Counted from the stretch's first letter, positions 35,901 through 49,700 are shown. The stretch is 64,000 nt of DNA from Ylistrum balloti (GCF_031769215.1 NW_026782721.1:434001-498000), one strand, 5' to 3'. Numbers and translations are program-made. Notes: generated from the letters alone by a model not told the origin.

Positions 35901-38008
35901 ATCAAAGCACATAATAGGAAAACATATATTTCATCATAACCCCTTAAATCAATCTAAATACATGTGTATTTCTATCCCATGTAATTTCATTACATAGCAT
36001 ATTTGAAATTCCATTAACCATATAGTTTTCAAGCAAACCTTGCATTTCTCTAGTATTAATTATCAGGTTCAACGTTCAAGAAGTGATTATAAAATGTACC
36101 ACATAGTCTGCAAAACTGCCATTTCTACAGTACATGACAGCTTGACCTGGAGATATGTTGACCCCTGAGCCCACGCTGACAACCTCACCAAGGCCCTGTG
36201 TTAATGAAAAGCAGAAACTAATCATGGATATGAAACAGATTGAATTACTACTGTAGAAAATTGACGTATCAGTGGAACAGTTTCAAATACATCCGTTTCT
36301 TTCCTAAATCTCTGAATTTTATTTCAAATGTTTACAAACTGTTTTTAATTTGGAGGACAAGTTTAAGTATTTTCACAATCCAAATGCAACCTTTACATGA
36401 AACTTGAATTGTCAATGGTATGATGTTGAGGAAGCTTGAGCAATTGAAGTTCTCACCTCCATTCCACAGACAAACGGTGGTTTGATAGACGGATCATATC
36501 TCCCTGCTGTGTAATTTATATCAGAAGCATTGATACCAACATATCTGCAATAAAAGATGCCATATTTGTCACATGTTTAAACTTATAATTTAGCAACACC
36601 ATTTCTCTTATACATACAAAGTGTCAAAGTATTCATTTTGGTTTGTTTAGGTTTTTTGTTTATGTATGTGGTAAATATTCTGTCTATCTGAATGTCTTAC
36701 GCTGGTAAAACCACAGGGGCCTGTAACAATGTTTTTTTGGAAACATTAAATAAAGCTTTTAGACTCTCGACTGGAATGAGAGTTTGTGTGGAATAATATA
36801 CCTCGTACTGTGTGTACCCTGGATGTTTAAACCCATACTACAATGCGGACTGATTAACGAACAGTACTCATATATGTAAAAGAGATCTAGCCCGCCTTGA
36901 TGCATTAGCAGATATCACGACAAAAGTTTCTAACCATGTAAAAAAAATGTAAATACATGCATGTTGGTAAGCCTAATCTGAGTGAAACCATATATACATT
37001 GAACAATACTGTGCTGGAGAATTCTGAATGTGAAAAAGACATTGGTATCAAAGTAGACTCAAACCTATCGTTTGAAGATCATATAAGTGAGAAAGTCAAT
37101 AAAGCCAATTCCATGTTTGCCATGCTTCGGAGAACTTTTAACTTTATGGACAAAAAATCATTCCTACCACTTTATAAAACCCTAGTGAGAACGCATCTAG
37201 ACTTCGCTAGCTCAGTATGGTTACCTTATAAAATAAAAGATATTGAGAGAATTGAAGGAGTGCAGAGAAGGGCAACAAAACAACTTCCAGGCCTTAAAAA
37301 CTTATCTTACGAGGACAGACTAAAAGAATTAGGATTACCAACCCTCGCTTACCGCAGGACAAGAGGAGACATGATCGAGACATACAAGCTAATGAGTGGA
37401 ATATATGATAAAAATACAAACAACATACTTATAAGCTGGAGCAGCGCTGCAAGCAGGAGTAGCAACAGGACAAACTCAAACAAGATCTACCCCCAGAGAG
37501 CTAGAACAAAACTTAGGCAACATTACTTCTCTCACAGAGTATGGAAAGTATGGAACAACCTACCAGAATATGTAGTCAACGCACCCAACACTAACACATT
37601 CAAAAATCGCCTGGATAAACAATGGAAACACCAGGAGCTGTATTACAGCTACAGAGCAGATATAAAAAAGAATGGAAGTGACAGAACTACATTGATTAAC
37701 AACAACGAGTCCGGTGAAGAGGAATTTTAATTCCTGTACTGGAAATCAACTATAAGTAACTATAAGTATGACAAAATCTTAACCTTGTTGAGTAAATGAA
37801 TAGATAAGACTGCACACGTGACATTGAATGCTAAACTTTTCGCATTTCCCTCAATGTCAGTTATTTGTTCTAACCTGTTCTTCACTAAAACCTCCCCTGG
37901 TTGCAATTCCTTCAGGGGAGCTTCAACGATTTTAGTTATATCTCTGAACTTTGGACTAATTTGTGTAGCTATTAGTCTTCTGACAGTTCTTGGGACGTGC
38001 CCGGCCAT
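26949..38008 (-). CDS. PTGR3: Prostaglandin reductase 3 / ZADH2-like medium-chain dehydrogenase (352 aa, 12 coding exons, C-terminal SKL)
   Basis: Exons 38008-37875, 36544-36457, 36195-36100, 34699-34601, 34313-34274, 34012-33984, 33685-33611, 33229-33158, 31272-31211, 30330-30228, 29501-29316 and 27023-26949; all GT-AG and in phase (1059 nt). Motifs [57 protein letters not shown] and [11 protein letters not shown] match ZADH2. Confidence 0.93.
27080..27460. mobile_element. Bivalve HINE-like repeat fragment in the last PTGR3 intron
   Basis: Repeated aaagggcaataa subunits and a gacggatggacggacaaagcagcaact..tatgctcccc end, typical from memory of mollusc non-autonomous elements. Confidence 0.4.
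28172..28710 (+). mobile_element. Degenerate Tc1-family transposase, N-terminal half
   Basis: [40 protein letters not shown].., [32 protein letters not shown]; it carries frameshifts and stops. Confidence 0.75.
30305..31130. repeat. 51-bp minisatellite (about 16 units) built from the PTGR3 exon-10 splice acceptor
   Basis: Minus-strand unit ...gttgtttggacag|TCTGACCACTGAAGGCC vs the true junction ttttgtttggacag|TCTGACCACTGGAGGCC at 30331/30330. Confidence 0.92.
31771..33041 (+). mobile_element. Near full-length degenerate Tc1 element (about 1.27 kb) in PTGR3 intron 8
   Basis: Remnants [48 protein letters not shown] and [16 protein letters not shown]; decayed TIRs tatccgtctggccataagttaaggacca (31771) and ggtgctttacttacgggcaagtgta (to 33041). 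Confidence 0.72.
33400..33640. repeat. Decayed ~61-bp repeat (3 units) resembling the 3' end of PTGR3 exon 7
   Basis: gagactccaccttcccctctttag (33482) vs exonic gaaattccaccttttcctctgtag (about 33616); similar units at about 33420 and 33542. Confidence 0.55.
36945..37770 (+). mobile_element. 5'-truncated CR1-clade LINE (ORF2 C-terminus) in PTGR3 intron 1, antisense to the host
   Basis: Open frame of 257 codons: [84 protein letters not shown]; the 3' end has a short tandem (aactataagt)x2 tail. Confidence 0.9.
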
Positions 38009-38652
38009 TTTCACTTCCACGGTTATCTGCCCTTATTTCCGGTATATCGCTTAAAACTAAATAAAGATATCAATTTATGTAAAAAGATAACATGACACAT
38101 TATTCTCAAAAACATGGTTTATTACCGTCATACAATCGTTGATTGCAAAACACAGCGACTATATTTGAATCTATAGCAAAATTACCTAAAATGTAAGATA
38201 TATTTTAGCGTTGTAAGCGGCAACTATTCGGCTGATCAGCCAGTTAGCAGACGATTGTTTTTAAAGTGACGAGATCAGAGCAAATTCATGATGTTAAAAG
38301 CGCTGTTTTCGTTACCTCTAAGCATAGTAGCATGCTATGCGATATTTGTACTTTCCTATAAAGCTGTGGTGTTCTTTTCAGTCCAGAAGACACAAGCGTT
38401 TAACGTTATACAAGGTGATATTTGCATGTCGACAACGGTATTAATGTTACCTGGTTACATACACGTAGTGATCATGCATGTAGATTTTCAGGATTTGATT
38501 TCTGTTGATAGCAAATCTTTCAGGAGTAACAACAGTGTTATTCCAAATGTACATGTGCTGCAAATTCATGAAACTTGTACAACGGAGTGATCAGCTGTCA
38601 AAGTGCCGAGCACGCTCGACGTTGCTAGTTAAGTTATGATCACCATTCACAA
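38009..38652. promoter_or_regulatory. Probable bidirectional promoter between PTGR3 and NRM
   Basis: Divergent start codons about 645 bp apart; locally CpG-richer; ETS-like ttccgg at about 38037 and palindrome ggctgatcagcc at 38230-38241. Confidence 0.55.
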
Positions 38653-40270
38653 ATGAGCTACATCACAAAGCTCTTGTGGGTTTTACCTGGCATCTCTGTG
38701 CTCTTCTTTTCTGTTGGTCTGTCCAAGACTTACAAAATTTTGGGAGAGTGGTTGAACCTGAACACAGTGGCTAACATAACATGGATACGTGTATCTAAAT
38801 GCTAAGTAGAGATAATGTGACAAATTAATTAGTTTCCGATGCCTTCACTGGCACTTGAGATTAGCGGTCGATAGGGGCTTATTTTGAACTTTTCAGCAGA
38901 TTTCTGAATAATAAATACAGAGGAGGATAAAAAAAACTGCTGGTAATTTTATTAATTTGCTTCGTAAAATGAATTTAGTTAGATTTACAATTAATACAAA
39001 TTTTGAAATCTGCAATATTTTTTTCATTCAATTAATTTAAAGAAATTTTGTTTTGTTTTTTTAGATTCAAAAGAAGTCTTCAAGATTTTGCTGTTTGATC
39101 TGCTTTTAGTTGGAGTGTTTGTATTACAACACAGCTTGATGGCAAGTCGTTTGTACAAAGAAATGATTGGGAGTAGGTTAGGATTCCTGCAGAGATCAGT
39201 ATACACAATACTTACCTGCATTATTCTTCAGGTAACATTGAAATTTTCACACATATGGTAACCGTGTATAACTATCAATTTTAGAATATGAACAAATTTA
39301 AATACAAATCTTTATCACTTGAGACAGACTTTTCATTCTGTAGAGCATCCTCAGAAATAACGAAGCATTGTTCCTTCAGATTGTGTGCAGGCATGGTGCT
39401 AATATGTCTTTGTTTTTAATCTCACTTGCAGTTTTTGTTTGAAAATTGGAAGACAGTCAGTGGATGGGACATATGGTTTTGGGACCTTCATGATTCTCCT
39501 GTTACTTCCCTTTTCTTTTCTTTGGTTCATACTGTTGCTTGGTGTTTCCTTGCCCTAGAACATGCACTGATAGACCCCTTCTACCTCATAGGGGTGAAGC
39601 AGGTCAGTAGAATTTCAGAAAGTTTTGTTACAATCACTAATTAGGGTGAGGACAATAGTTTTTTGTGTTGTCAATTATATATAATTATCAAATTTCATTA
39701 TAACCAGCTAACCAAGAAAGTAAGGTCACGACAATAACATTGACCTCAATGTGATGTTACCTTTTATCTTTACTGAAATTATAGTTGACACAAGCATCTT
39801 ATACTGAAATCTGGATGGAGAGAGCTGCATGACTAAATGCTCCATCAATTTTTTGTAAAATTGAAGTTGAGGTATACCCAGAACAGATTTGTTAATAAAC
39901 ATAGTTTGTTGATATAATATTTATATTTTAATACCGGTATGCCTAAAATACACAATCAATATTTTTGCTTTGCATTATACAATTACTGTTACAGGTATAC
40001 TATCGACTGTGGGGTGACATGTCACCCTGGCAGTACATGTCTCGGAGATTACAGAGTTTCATCACTCACATGCCACACCCTGGTGTTCTGTGCTTTCTCA
40101 TCCTTTTGTGGGTGTATCCACACATGTCCCTGGACCGCTGGCTAGTGTCTACTCTCCTTACCTGGTACACCTGTCTAGGACTTGGACAGGTCACAAACAA
40201 GGACTTTGTCTACATAGAGGAACAGACCAAAGTCAGAATGACCACTACTGCAAGACATATGGCTGCTTGA
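38653..40270 (+). CDS. NRM: Nurim (inner nuclear membrane protein), 249 aa, 4 exons
   Basis: Exons 38653-38788, 39065-39231, 39432-39602 and 39995-40270, in phase. Motifs FDLLLVGVFVLQHSLMA, LGFLQRSVYTILTCIILQ, LIGVKQVYY, HMPHPGVLCFLILLW..PHMSLDR match nurim. The exon-1 donor (C|GTGTAT) is weak and is the least certain junction. Confidence 0.88.
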
Positions 40271-40760
40271 AGGCTGTGTAATGATGTGATGTAAACTGCC
40301 TATAGGAGACTGAAGCTGCTATCACTGCTTGAAGGCTGTGTAATGATGTGCTGTAACCTGCCTTAAGGAGACTGAAGCTGCTATGACTGCTTGAAGGCTG
40401 TGAAATAATGTGCTGTAACCCGCCTAAAGGAGACTGAAGCTGCTATGACTGCTGGAAGGCTGTGTAATAATGTGCTGTAACCTGCCTAAAGGAGACTGAA
40501 GCTGCTATGTCTGCTTGAAGGCTGTGTAATAATGTGCTGTAACCTGCCTAAAGGAGACTGAAGCTATGACTGCTTGAAGACTGTGTAATAATGTGCTGTA
40601 ACCTGCCTAAAGGAGACTGAAGCTGCTATGGCTGCTGGAAGGCTGTGTAATAATGTGCTGTAACCTGCCTAAAGGAGACTGAAGCTGCTATGACTGCTGG
40701 AAGGCTGTGTAATCATGTTCTGTAACCTGCCTAAAGGATACTGACGCTGCTTCTGCATAG
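40263..40760. repeat. 62-bp minisatellite (about 8 units) starting across the NRM stop codon
   Basis: Unit ctgcttgaaggctgtgtaataatgtgctgtaacctgcctaaaggagactgaagctgctatga; the first unit contains the TGA at 40268-40270. Confidence 0.92.
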
Positions 40761-43700
40761 CCTGAACCATTTGAACCTTTCAGAATATGACACACACACA
40801 GATTAGAAATGAAATTATCCCATGAAATACTGGTCTAGCTGTAGGATTACTAGTTTTGAAAATATCTACAAAACATTGTTGCACATATTTCTATATTTCA
40901 TGTAATGTTAAAGTCAGTAAAGCAAACAATGGAATGCATTGTGTAATTGAATGTTTTTAATATTTTGTTTTACACTGATAGAAAACTGTTCATTCTGACA
41001 TTTTAATAGTGTAACTCCCCCACCTCCATGGCCAGTAGATTCTAACAAACATTTTGTGGAATAGTCTCTGTCATCTTTTACCTTTTTACCCAGGTTACAA
41101 AGAGGAAGCTACATGTACAGTTAGACACTTGAATAATTATAAAGTTTTTCTCATATGGTAACCAGCATATTTGATTGTTCTGCCTTAGGCATAGTGCAAT
41201 TCTTATCTCATATAGACAAAACATTAGAGGTTTTGGCTATGTCTCAACCTCATTTTACAGTTCTACTCTAATAGTCACTTATGTTGGCAGGAGACATCAT
41301 AGTAAAAGTTAGTTAAATAGCTCATTTTTTAATGATTGTGCATATTTTGACTTTCAGAGGGTTGAGGCGATACATTACAAATAGTTGTTTATCAATTTAA
41401 TATCATTTTCTATAGCACGATATAGTCTTGTCATAAAAGTGTCTTATCAATATACATATATAATGTACATATATTTTTAATATATTAAAGTATTTTCATT
41501 ACTTTTTTTGAACGGACACATTTAAATATGTGCATCAGTATTATGTATCAAAGTGTTATCTTGCTGAATACACTTACTTGTTGCTGGCCCTAATGACCTT
41601 TTGTGTTGACGGCCATTAAGAATGTCATAATTGTTGATAACAAAAGAAAGTCTTCATACTTAGTAAGTGTTGATTGTTGAATAAAAAGTTTTCTTATTAA
41701 ATGTTAGATACTCTACAATGGAAATGATATATGTATTGTATTTTCTACATTAATGTAATATATGCCAAGACGCAATAAAAATACTATATTCTACTAAGTA
41801 TACTACTACACACGTTTTTTCCTTTCCAGTAAATGCTTTATTCCATAAGAAATGGCCCCGATACTCTCCCTTGGGGTACCAAAATACCTGCTTCTCACTT
41901 CTTTACAAATTGTTAATAAACCATGGGCTGTATCTGTAAACAAAGCCAAGAGTGATTATGATGTCAGTATATCATGACTTTACAATGTAGATGGAGATGG
42001 TGGGGAAGGAGGATTTTTTTTTTATTTTTTCGGTTAGATAGAATCAGTAGAAGATTAGAATGTGACAGACTCTTCCACATTTATTAAAAGCTTAGCCAAA
42101 TTGACTTCAGTACTTTGTTACCATCATGTAATTTTTGGTCTATAATCTGTTAACCATCTTGTCAAACTATTTTTTATCTTGTTGTACACAAGATTATAGT
42201 ACAGCCAAAAAATGTTGTTAGATTCCCTACCATCTTGTACATTGCGTCAGTACTAGTGCGCTCCACACTAATCATTTGTCTGATAAAGGTGACCATGTAG
42301 TCATGGAAATGTCACTCTTCTACTGGTTATGTCATAAAAACTTCTATCCTGTTGATACTACCGACCCAAAGAAAATGTTCCGAAATGGTTTTAAGAAAAA
42401 ATTAGGTATAGTAGTAAAAGGGGGTCATTTTTGGGTAATACATATGGGCAGTTTGATTTCTTAAGAAATCAGGTGTCAACGATGAAGCAGAACACACTTA
42501 CTCTTCCGGAACACTTGGTCTATTTCTTTGTATGATCAATTTTGAATGACTGCCAAAGGGGAATACCTAGGATGAAGGAGTCTAAGGTCTTAAAAATAAT
42601 GTTAATAAATACCTTACTGGGTGTTAGGGCAAGAGGCACTGCAAGGGAAACATGTCGGGGTTGTGTTGGCCTCAATGATACATTTGAAGAGGAGTTGGTG
42701 TGAAGATTTCATGTTTAGTGTTTGAGTTGTATTTTATGTTTAATTGGTTCAATGATTAATTGTTCTTAAACCCAGCTCTCCACACAATCAGTACTTACAG
42801 TGCTTTGATTTGTAAAGCAGTCTTGTGTCGAAGTCTTTCAGTACTTTGTTATCATCAGTTGTTGTGTATCAATGAGTGCTTCAGAGTAAAAATACCACTT
42901 AACACAAATGTATACAAAATATTGAAAATTTATTCACCATACAAAATGTCTCATATTTTCATAAATTACCATTTTCATTTTAATCTCTCCCTCATCTTAA
43001 AATAGTCTCCATGTATCTTTTCTTCCTCACTTATTTAATCTCAGACATTACACCAACTGTTCCTGAACATACAAGGACAGTAGCAGTGAAACTGGTCAGG
43101 AATTAATTATTTAAACATGTAGCAATAATTTGTCTTTAAATCTTCAAAACTTTAAAAAAGAAATTTATCAATTTGTGTCATATTATATATTTATTGAAAC
43201 CCCAACTTTTATACTGACAATGACTTTGGACCCCTTAACAGTATTATTTTAGGAAAACGTATCTTATATAATGATGCAAAATATTAATCTGCTGCAACCC
43301 TTCATCATTAAAATACTTACACACTGTTATCAAACATAGTCAACAAATTACATACAAGTATATTCTTATGAAATAGAGATCAAATTCTCACAAAATAACC
43401 ATTCAAAATGTCTTCATTCCTTCCACACATCACATACATTCTAATTCACCCTCAAGTTCCCTCTCTATCTAGTTTCATTTTCTCTTTTCCAAACACCAAT
43501 CTTTCTCATTTCCTTCTGTCACTCCTTTAAATTTCAGTCATTCAAAAATAATTAAACATGTAATCTCTCTTCCCTCTGGTAACAGATATTGACACATAAA
43601 CCCCATGTAATCTGTATCAATTAAAATCACGATATCTGGTCCGTAGAATAAGACAGTACCAGATCAAAGTAAATAAGACCATTTTGGCTCTTGCATATCT

Positions 43701-43989
43701 AAAAAGAGCAGACATGTCCCTGATTTTCAGGCAGTGTTGATATATAATACTGAGAGCTGCAGTGTCGCCAAACTCATACCAGGTCAATGTCCTTCAAAAT
43801 CAAAGATGACTGAGGTGCAGTAAAGGAAAAAGACCCTATAATCTATTGTATAGTAAATTATCACATTTTGATGATATTTTGTTATATTTTAACATTATCA
43901 AAATGTCAAAATTCATTTTGAAAATTTCAAGTATTGACAAACTCAAATATTGGGTGATTGAAACAAAGGTTATTATTTATTTCAATGAT

Positions 43990-44312
43990 CCGCTGAGATT
44001 CAAACCCAGGATCCTGGCTTATTAGTCTGATCGAACTAAAGAGAAGCTCTCTTTAGCAGAGCGGTATATTGCAGCTAATATTCTCCAGGGTGACATACTC
44101 TCCTACCAGGAAACAACTTGTCCAGCAATACTTGTGAAAGTAACGCCAAGTACTATTCCCGAGTCCCTACATGGGCACCAATGTAACAGAGGTCCTTACT
44201 TATTTCACTGCCTCCGCTAGGATTTGAACCTAGGACCACTGGCTTTCTAGTATGACACTCAACCCATCGAGCTAAAGAGAAGTTCTTTCTAGCCAAGTGG
44301 TATATTGCAGCT
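43990..44312 (-). mobile_element. Two tandem tRNA-derived SINE head fragments
   Basis: B-box-like gggtttgaatctcagcgg and ggttcaaatcctagcgg, each preceded by a shared tagctgcaatatacc...ctctttag block, about 225 bp apart. Confidence 0.5.
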
Positions 44313-45492
44313 ACAGGGTTACAATAGTAACATTTGTCATGATTTAAAATGTAAGGAAATATCAGGTGGTACTAACAATTTTTCAAAGTTTAAGCTAGTC
44401 ATGATACAGCCAACATCAGGTTGACCTGACAGAGCTGGTGAATTAGGGACACTGAAGCTGGTGTTTTATAATCATCAGAAATAAGGACACAATATTAACA
44501 CACAGCTTACTATAAACAGTGAAACACTGAACAAGACTAGTGTGAATATTACCAGAATAGAGTGAATATTTACTAGGTGATGGTTGACAAAAAAATGTGA
44601 AAAAATCCTAGAAATGGTGAAACAAAATGTTGAAATTGCATGTTTGATAACAAAAAAAGGTCTATTTTATATCTACAATATTTGCAAAAGTATGTTAATT
44701 AACTGAACTTATTACTCAAAATTTGTTTATTCAATAGAAAAAAAACTGTTGTACAGATAAACAATATGTTGTGTATATGGAATTTTTGAGTCTGTATTGA
44801 AGAACTTTAGATATACTGTACTAATATAAAATATTCAGACTAAATGCACAAAATTTGGCTGTTAGTAGATTTGAAAACAACCAGGCAGTATTATCATCTT
44901 CATCATCATAAATCCAAGTACACAAATGCATTAATGCCCTGAGGATGGATTATAATGCTCTTTGGCATTGTTATTCATAACTAGGTATCATAGAGGGCAA
45001 TAATTGGGAAAGATCTCAACAATGACATTTTTATAGAAGTACAAGCATGCATATCAGGTACATGTCTCACTAAAATAAACTTCTTTATGTTCTTGGTAAA
45101 CAGATACCATGTTAACAATACATTAGAAAACAAATTATGGACTATCCTAGATTAGGTAGAATGTAATTTCTTTAATTTACTGAAATGTGCTTTTAGGGAA
45201 TTTCTGTCATATCAACATCTCCATCTCAAGTCTCAAACATTTTTACTACTTGTCTATTGTTATGAACTTGTATAATTACCATTAGGTATACTGCATGTAA
45301 TTGATAGCTCAAAGAAAATCAGTACATTTTTAACATTAAGTGACATTTTGATAGATGGGGTAAATTACCCCAAAATTATAGAGATGTAGACTTTAATGGT
45401 CCTTGAATGGAACCTTAATGACATCGCCAAAATACACACACAAGGTTATCAGCAAAAGCAGTGAATAATTATACTACAGAACACAAGTCCTT

Positions 45493-45496
<4 letters not shown>

Positions 45497-45525
<29 letters not shown>
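45497..45525. repeat. Poly(A) tract, 29 nt
   Basis: Direct reading of the sequence. Confidence 0.9.
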
Positions 45526-46736
45526 CACTACCATAAAATATTCAACATGACACATGAAAGCATTATTTGCAACAGTGACAAAAATTAAAACAATTGCTAC
45601 ACCGGTAACAATATAATATTATCAATATGGAAAAATCATTAATTTTCGTGTGGAATTTATTTTCACTATACCCTTAGTTCATGAAATCATATTAGCAATA
45701 TTTTAAAAAAGCAGGAAAATTAAGCCCCACCAAAATATATAGATTTCTCAAGCTCTAACTCAATCTAATTTTCCTTTCAAGGAAAACTCTTCACCTAAAT
45801 TGAACTTTTCAGGAGCATAATTATTTCATACTATATGTATGTCATCTTTATTGTAAGATAGATGTTTTTAAAAGCCATATTTAGTGGTTTTCCATGATTG
45901 TCAATCAATAGTTGAAAACTGGATGTGGAAGTTGTCAAGGTGGACATCAAACAACCTACTGACTATTGTCTTGTCTCATATGATTAATAATCTCAGATAT
46001 AACATGGCTATAGATGCTTCTGCTCTCATAGATACAAGTATTGACATTAAGACTTTTATAAATAGTAAGAACAACCCTGATTTTTGAACTCTGGAAACAA
46101 ACCCATTTCAGGAATTTCCAGATAAGCAAAAAGTTTGCTGGAAATCCCTTGAGAAATGAAGAATACTGACATGATTCCCATAATTAATGGGTAAATTTAA
46201 TGACATAAATGGTGGGGGCCTCAATAAACAACGATGTATATAATTGTCTTATTCATTTGGTGTAGCAACACCTAAGTTAAATACATAGCTATTTCTTCAG
46301 GCAACGTCTTGGAGTAGATGGATTTAGGTGCCCTGAATTACATTTATTTATGTTGGCAGACATTTGATGTCTTTAACTGAATTCTCTGTATAGAAAGTAT
46401 AGTATAGAAACTGATCTCTTTCACTGTACATTTTTTCTGATTGCCAAAACATTTTAAAATCAAACTTTTTTGAAGAAAAAGAAAAATGAGAAGAAATTGT
46501 TTTAAATATCAAAAATTTCCATTGTACTTTAATTTTAAAGCATCAATTTCAGTTTTGCTGAAGATAGTTTCCTCCTTCATTTGTCGGTTTATTATTACAG
46601 TGATGGACTAACTTACACACACATAAAGTGACAGTACATATGTAAAGAACATAAACCAGGTAAGATATTGGGTTAAGATTCCAGTTGGAATGTCGTACAT
46701 AGATCAATGAGAAAAAAACATGGCTCCTGATCATAG

Positions 46737-49700
46737 TCAAGGTGTCTGTGTGCGTTGGTAAGGTGACCTGCGTTGTCGGGGAGTAGTGCCATCAACAGGA
46801 CTGTATCCAGGTGACCAGAGGTATGGAGTTTTGGGTGTGGTTCCATATGGATTGTACTGAGGAGACATCACAGCTGGAATATAGTAATGACAGTGATATA
46901 AAACAGGCTGATATACTCAGGTATATACCATCAAAAAATCTGGAATGCATTAAATGAAAGAAGACCTGACATAAGTACTTCTACATGCAGATGTTAATGT
47001 TCCAAATCAAATAACGCTGACAATGCTGTATGATTTATTACATATTTTACCTTGAGGTGAGTAGCTGATGGGCGTGGCAGCTCCTCCTGGTCCCATGAAT
47101 ACACCTGCATTGGCAGCTCTGTACTTCGGTCCAAACACAGCATGGTAACCTGTTAAACACAGAACATTATATGTAGAAGAGCGGTAATGTAAAAAATTAT
47201 TATTTTTTGTTATTTATAAGCATACTGAAAGATAAAGCACACATCAGCAGTGCTAACATTTGAAGATGAATAATAAATTATAATTGTTTGTGTGTTTGTC
47301 CCAATGTATTTATGGATATACGTAGGATATTGCTACAGTGTATCCTTTCCCGAGTCAATTGTACATTACCAGTTCATAAACTGACAATTAAAAACAAATA
47401 AAACATGAGCTTCATTGAATATCTCATTCACCTGTCACTCATATACCCATGAATGCCAACTAAAAGCTATGCAAAACTTGAACAGCACTGTTAATAATAA
47501 TAGATACAAGCATGATGATGACTACCACAGTCATCAGGAGATCAATTATATTTGACGTTCCAATTTAATTTTCTAAAGATCTCATACAAATCATGCACCA
47601 GTGGTGCTGTCCTGCTAGACATATTTACTGATAAATCTGCTGTAGTACAATAATGAAGGAGTGAAATTTACCAATGATGACTGCTAGAGCTGTGAGGATG
47701 ATGACCAGGATGATGAAGAGCCAGGACTGATAATTGTAGAAGATGTTACGAACCAAGGACTGCCAGCCACTCCCTCTGTATGTACCTGCAAAAGAACAAT
47801 AGAAATATCACGAACAGTTCCGATTTCTGATCTGAATCGGGATCAATGATATGGAGTTTAACCATATCTTTCTCAAGAAACAATAGAATATCTCTATCCT
47901 TATCTTAAACTTTTACCTGAATCTTATAGTCAATGGTAACACAAACAAAATCAGGTTTCAAGAAATAAACCCTACATGTAATTAAACCTCTGTCCAGTTA
48001 ACTGGAGTTAATTGACAATCCCTTTTACAGATTTATAAGAAGAACAAACACTGATCTGATTTTTCAAATATAATTTATACTTGCAACTTAATCTTAAAGC
48101 AATTGTATTAAATACTTATGGACTGAGTTTTTAAAGACTGAGTTAGGTCCACTGTGACTTGTTCTTGTGCACTTAAACTGCCTGTGAATACCTAGCTTGA
48201 ACAACTTACTGATGTAATCCGGCTTCTGACCAATAAGACTGACAAATACAGGTAGTTTGACCCTTTGACCTGTCTTTTGGCATATCATCTCAATGTGTAC
48301 ATCAATCTGGTCTTTTTCCCACAGAGCTGCTGACTCAATCAATCTGATTGGATACAGAAGCACAGCTCCAGACTGTGTATCCTTCTCTGGGGACAAACTC
48401 TCTAGGATGGATGGGTCACTCACATAGACCTACAGAAAAGAGGACAGAATGGTAAGGACATCACACACTCAGACAAACTCATATAGACAGATCACTCACA
48501 TAGACATACAAAAAAGAGAACAGAATGGTAAGGACATCACACACTTAGACAAACTCATATAGACAGATCACTCACATAGACATACAAAAGTGAGGACAGA
48601 ATGGTAAGGACATCACACACTTAGACAAACTCATATAGACAGGTCACTCACATAGACATACAAAAAAGAGAACAGAATGGTAAGGACATCACACACTTAG
48701 ACAAACTCATATAGACAGATCACTCACACAGACATACAAAAGTGAGGACAGAATGGTAAGGAAATCACACACTTAGACAAACTCATATAGACAGATCACT
48801 CACATAGACATACAAAAGTGAGGACAGAATGGTAAGGACATCACACACTCAAACTCATATAGACAGATCACTCACATAGACATACAAAAGTGAGGACAGA
48901 ATGGTAAGGACATCACACACTTAGACAAACTCATATAGACAGATCACTCACATAGACATACAAAAGTGAGGACAGAATGGTAAGGACATCACACACTTAG
49001 ACAAACTCATATAGACAGATCACTCACATAGACATACAAAAGTTAGGACAGAATGGTAAGGACATCACACACTCAAACTCATATAGACAGATCACTCACA
49101 TAGACATACAAAAGTGAGGACAGAATGGTAAGGATATCACACACTTAGACAAACTCATATAGACAGATCACTCACATAGACATACAAAAAAGAGAACAGA
49201 ATGGTAAGGATATCATAAGGTTCTTCAAGAATTTACACTTAATATTCTTACACCAAAAGTTGCAATCTCCCTTCCACCTCAATAAGTGGGTCAATGATTA
49301 TTTTTACCTGCTAGTTTTCTTCTACAGGTGTTTTTTTTTTATTCCAAAGCTTTGCATTGTTGATACAAAATCATAGACATACCTCTATACAGTCCATGAG
49401 ACGAGATGTCGTGGAGACACGGACAGATGAGAGTTGGTTAATCGTTGATAGATGAACCTCACTTTGGTGGATAAAAAATGAAGGTAGGAAGCTGAATATG
49501 AGCTGTTGCGGCATGACCTGCCTTTGACCTTCACGGGATGCGACTCCTACTGACAAGGTCAAGTCTACATTTAATGTACTAATCTGCTGTTGTATCATTG
49601 GTCTTGACACTTGGTTTATCTGACATCCAAACTTCCCTGAAATTTTGAAAAATGAAATATAAATTCTGTGAATCTTAATCTACTATAATGTCAGCATCTA

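Noticed and set aside
43780-43809. 30-nt minus-strand micro-exon candidate with good AG/GT signals
   Set aside because: No neighbouring exons or recognisable protein could be linked in 41-46.5 kb.
46301-46327. QRLGVDGFR after a good acceptor, resembling alpha-amylase family region II
   Set aside because: The catalytic Asp that should follow is absent and no partner exons were found; likely chance.
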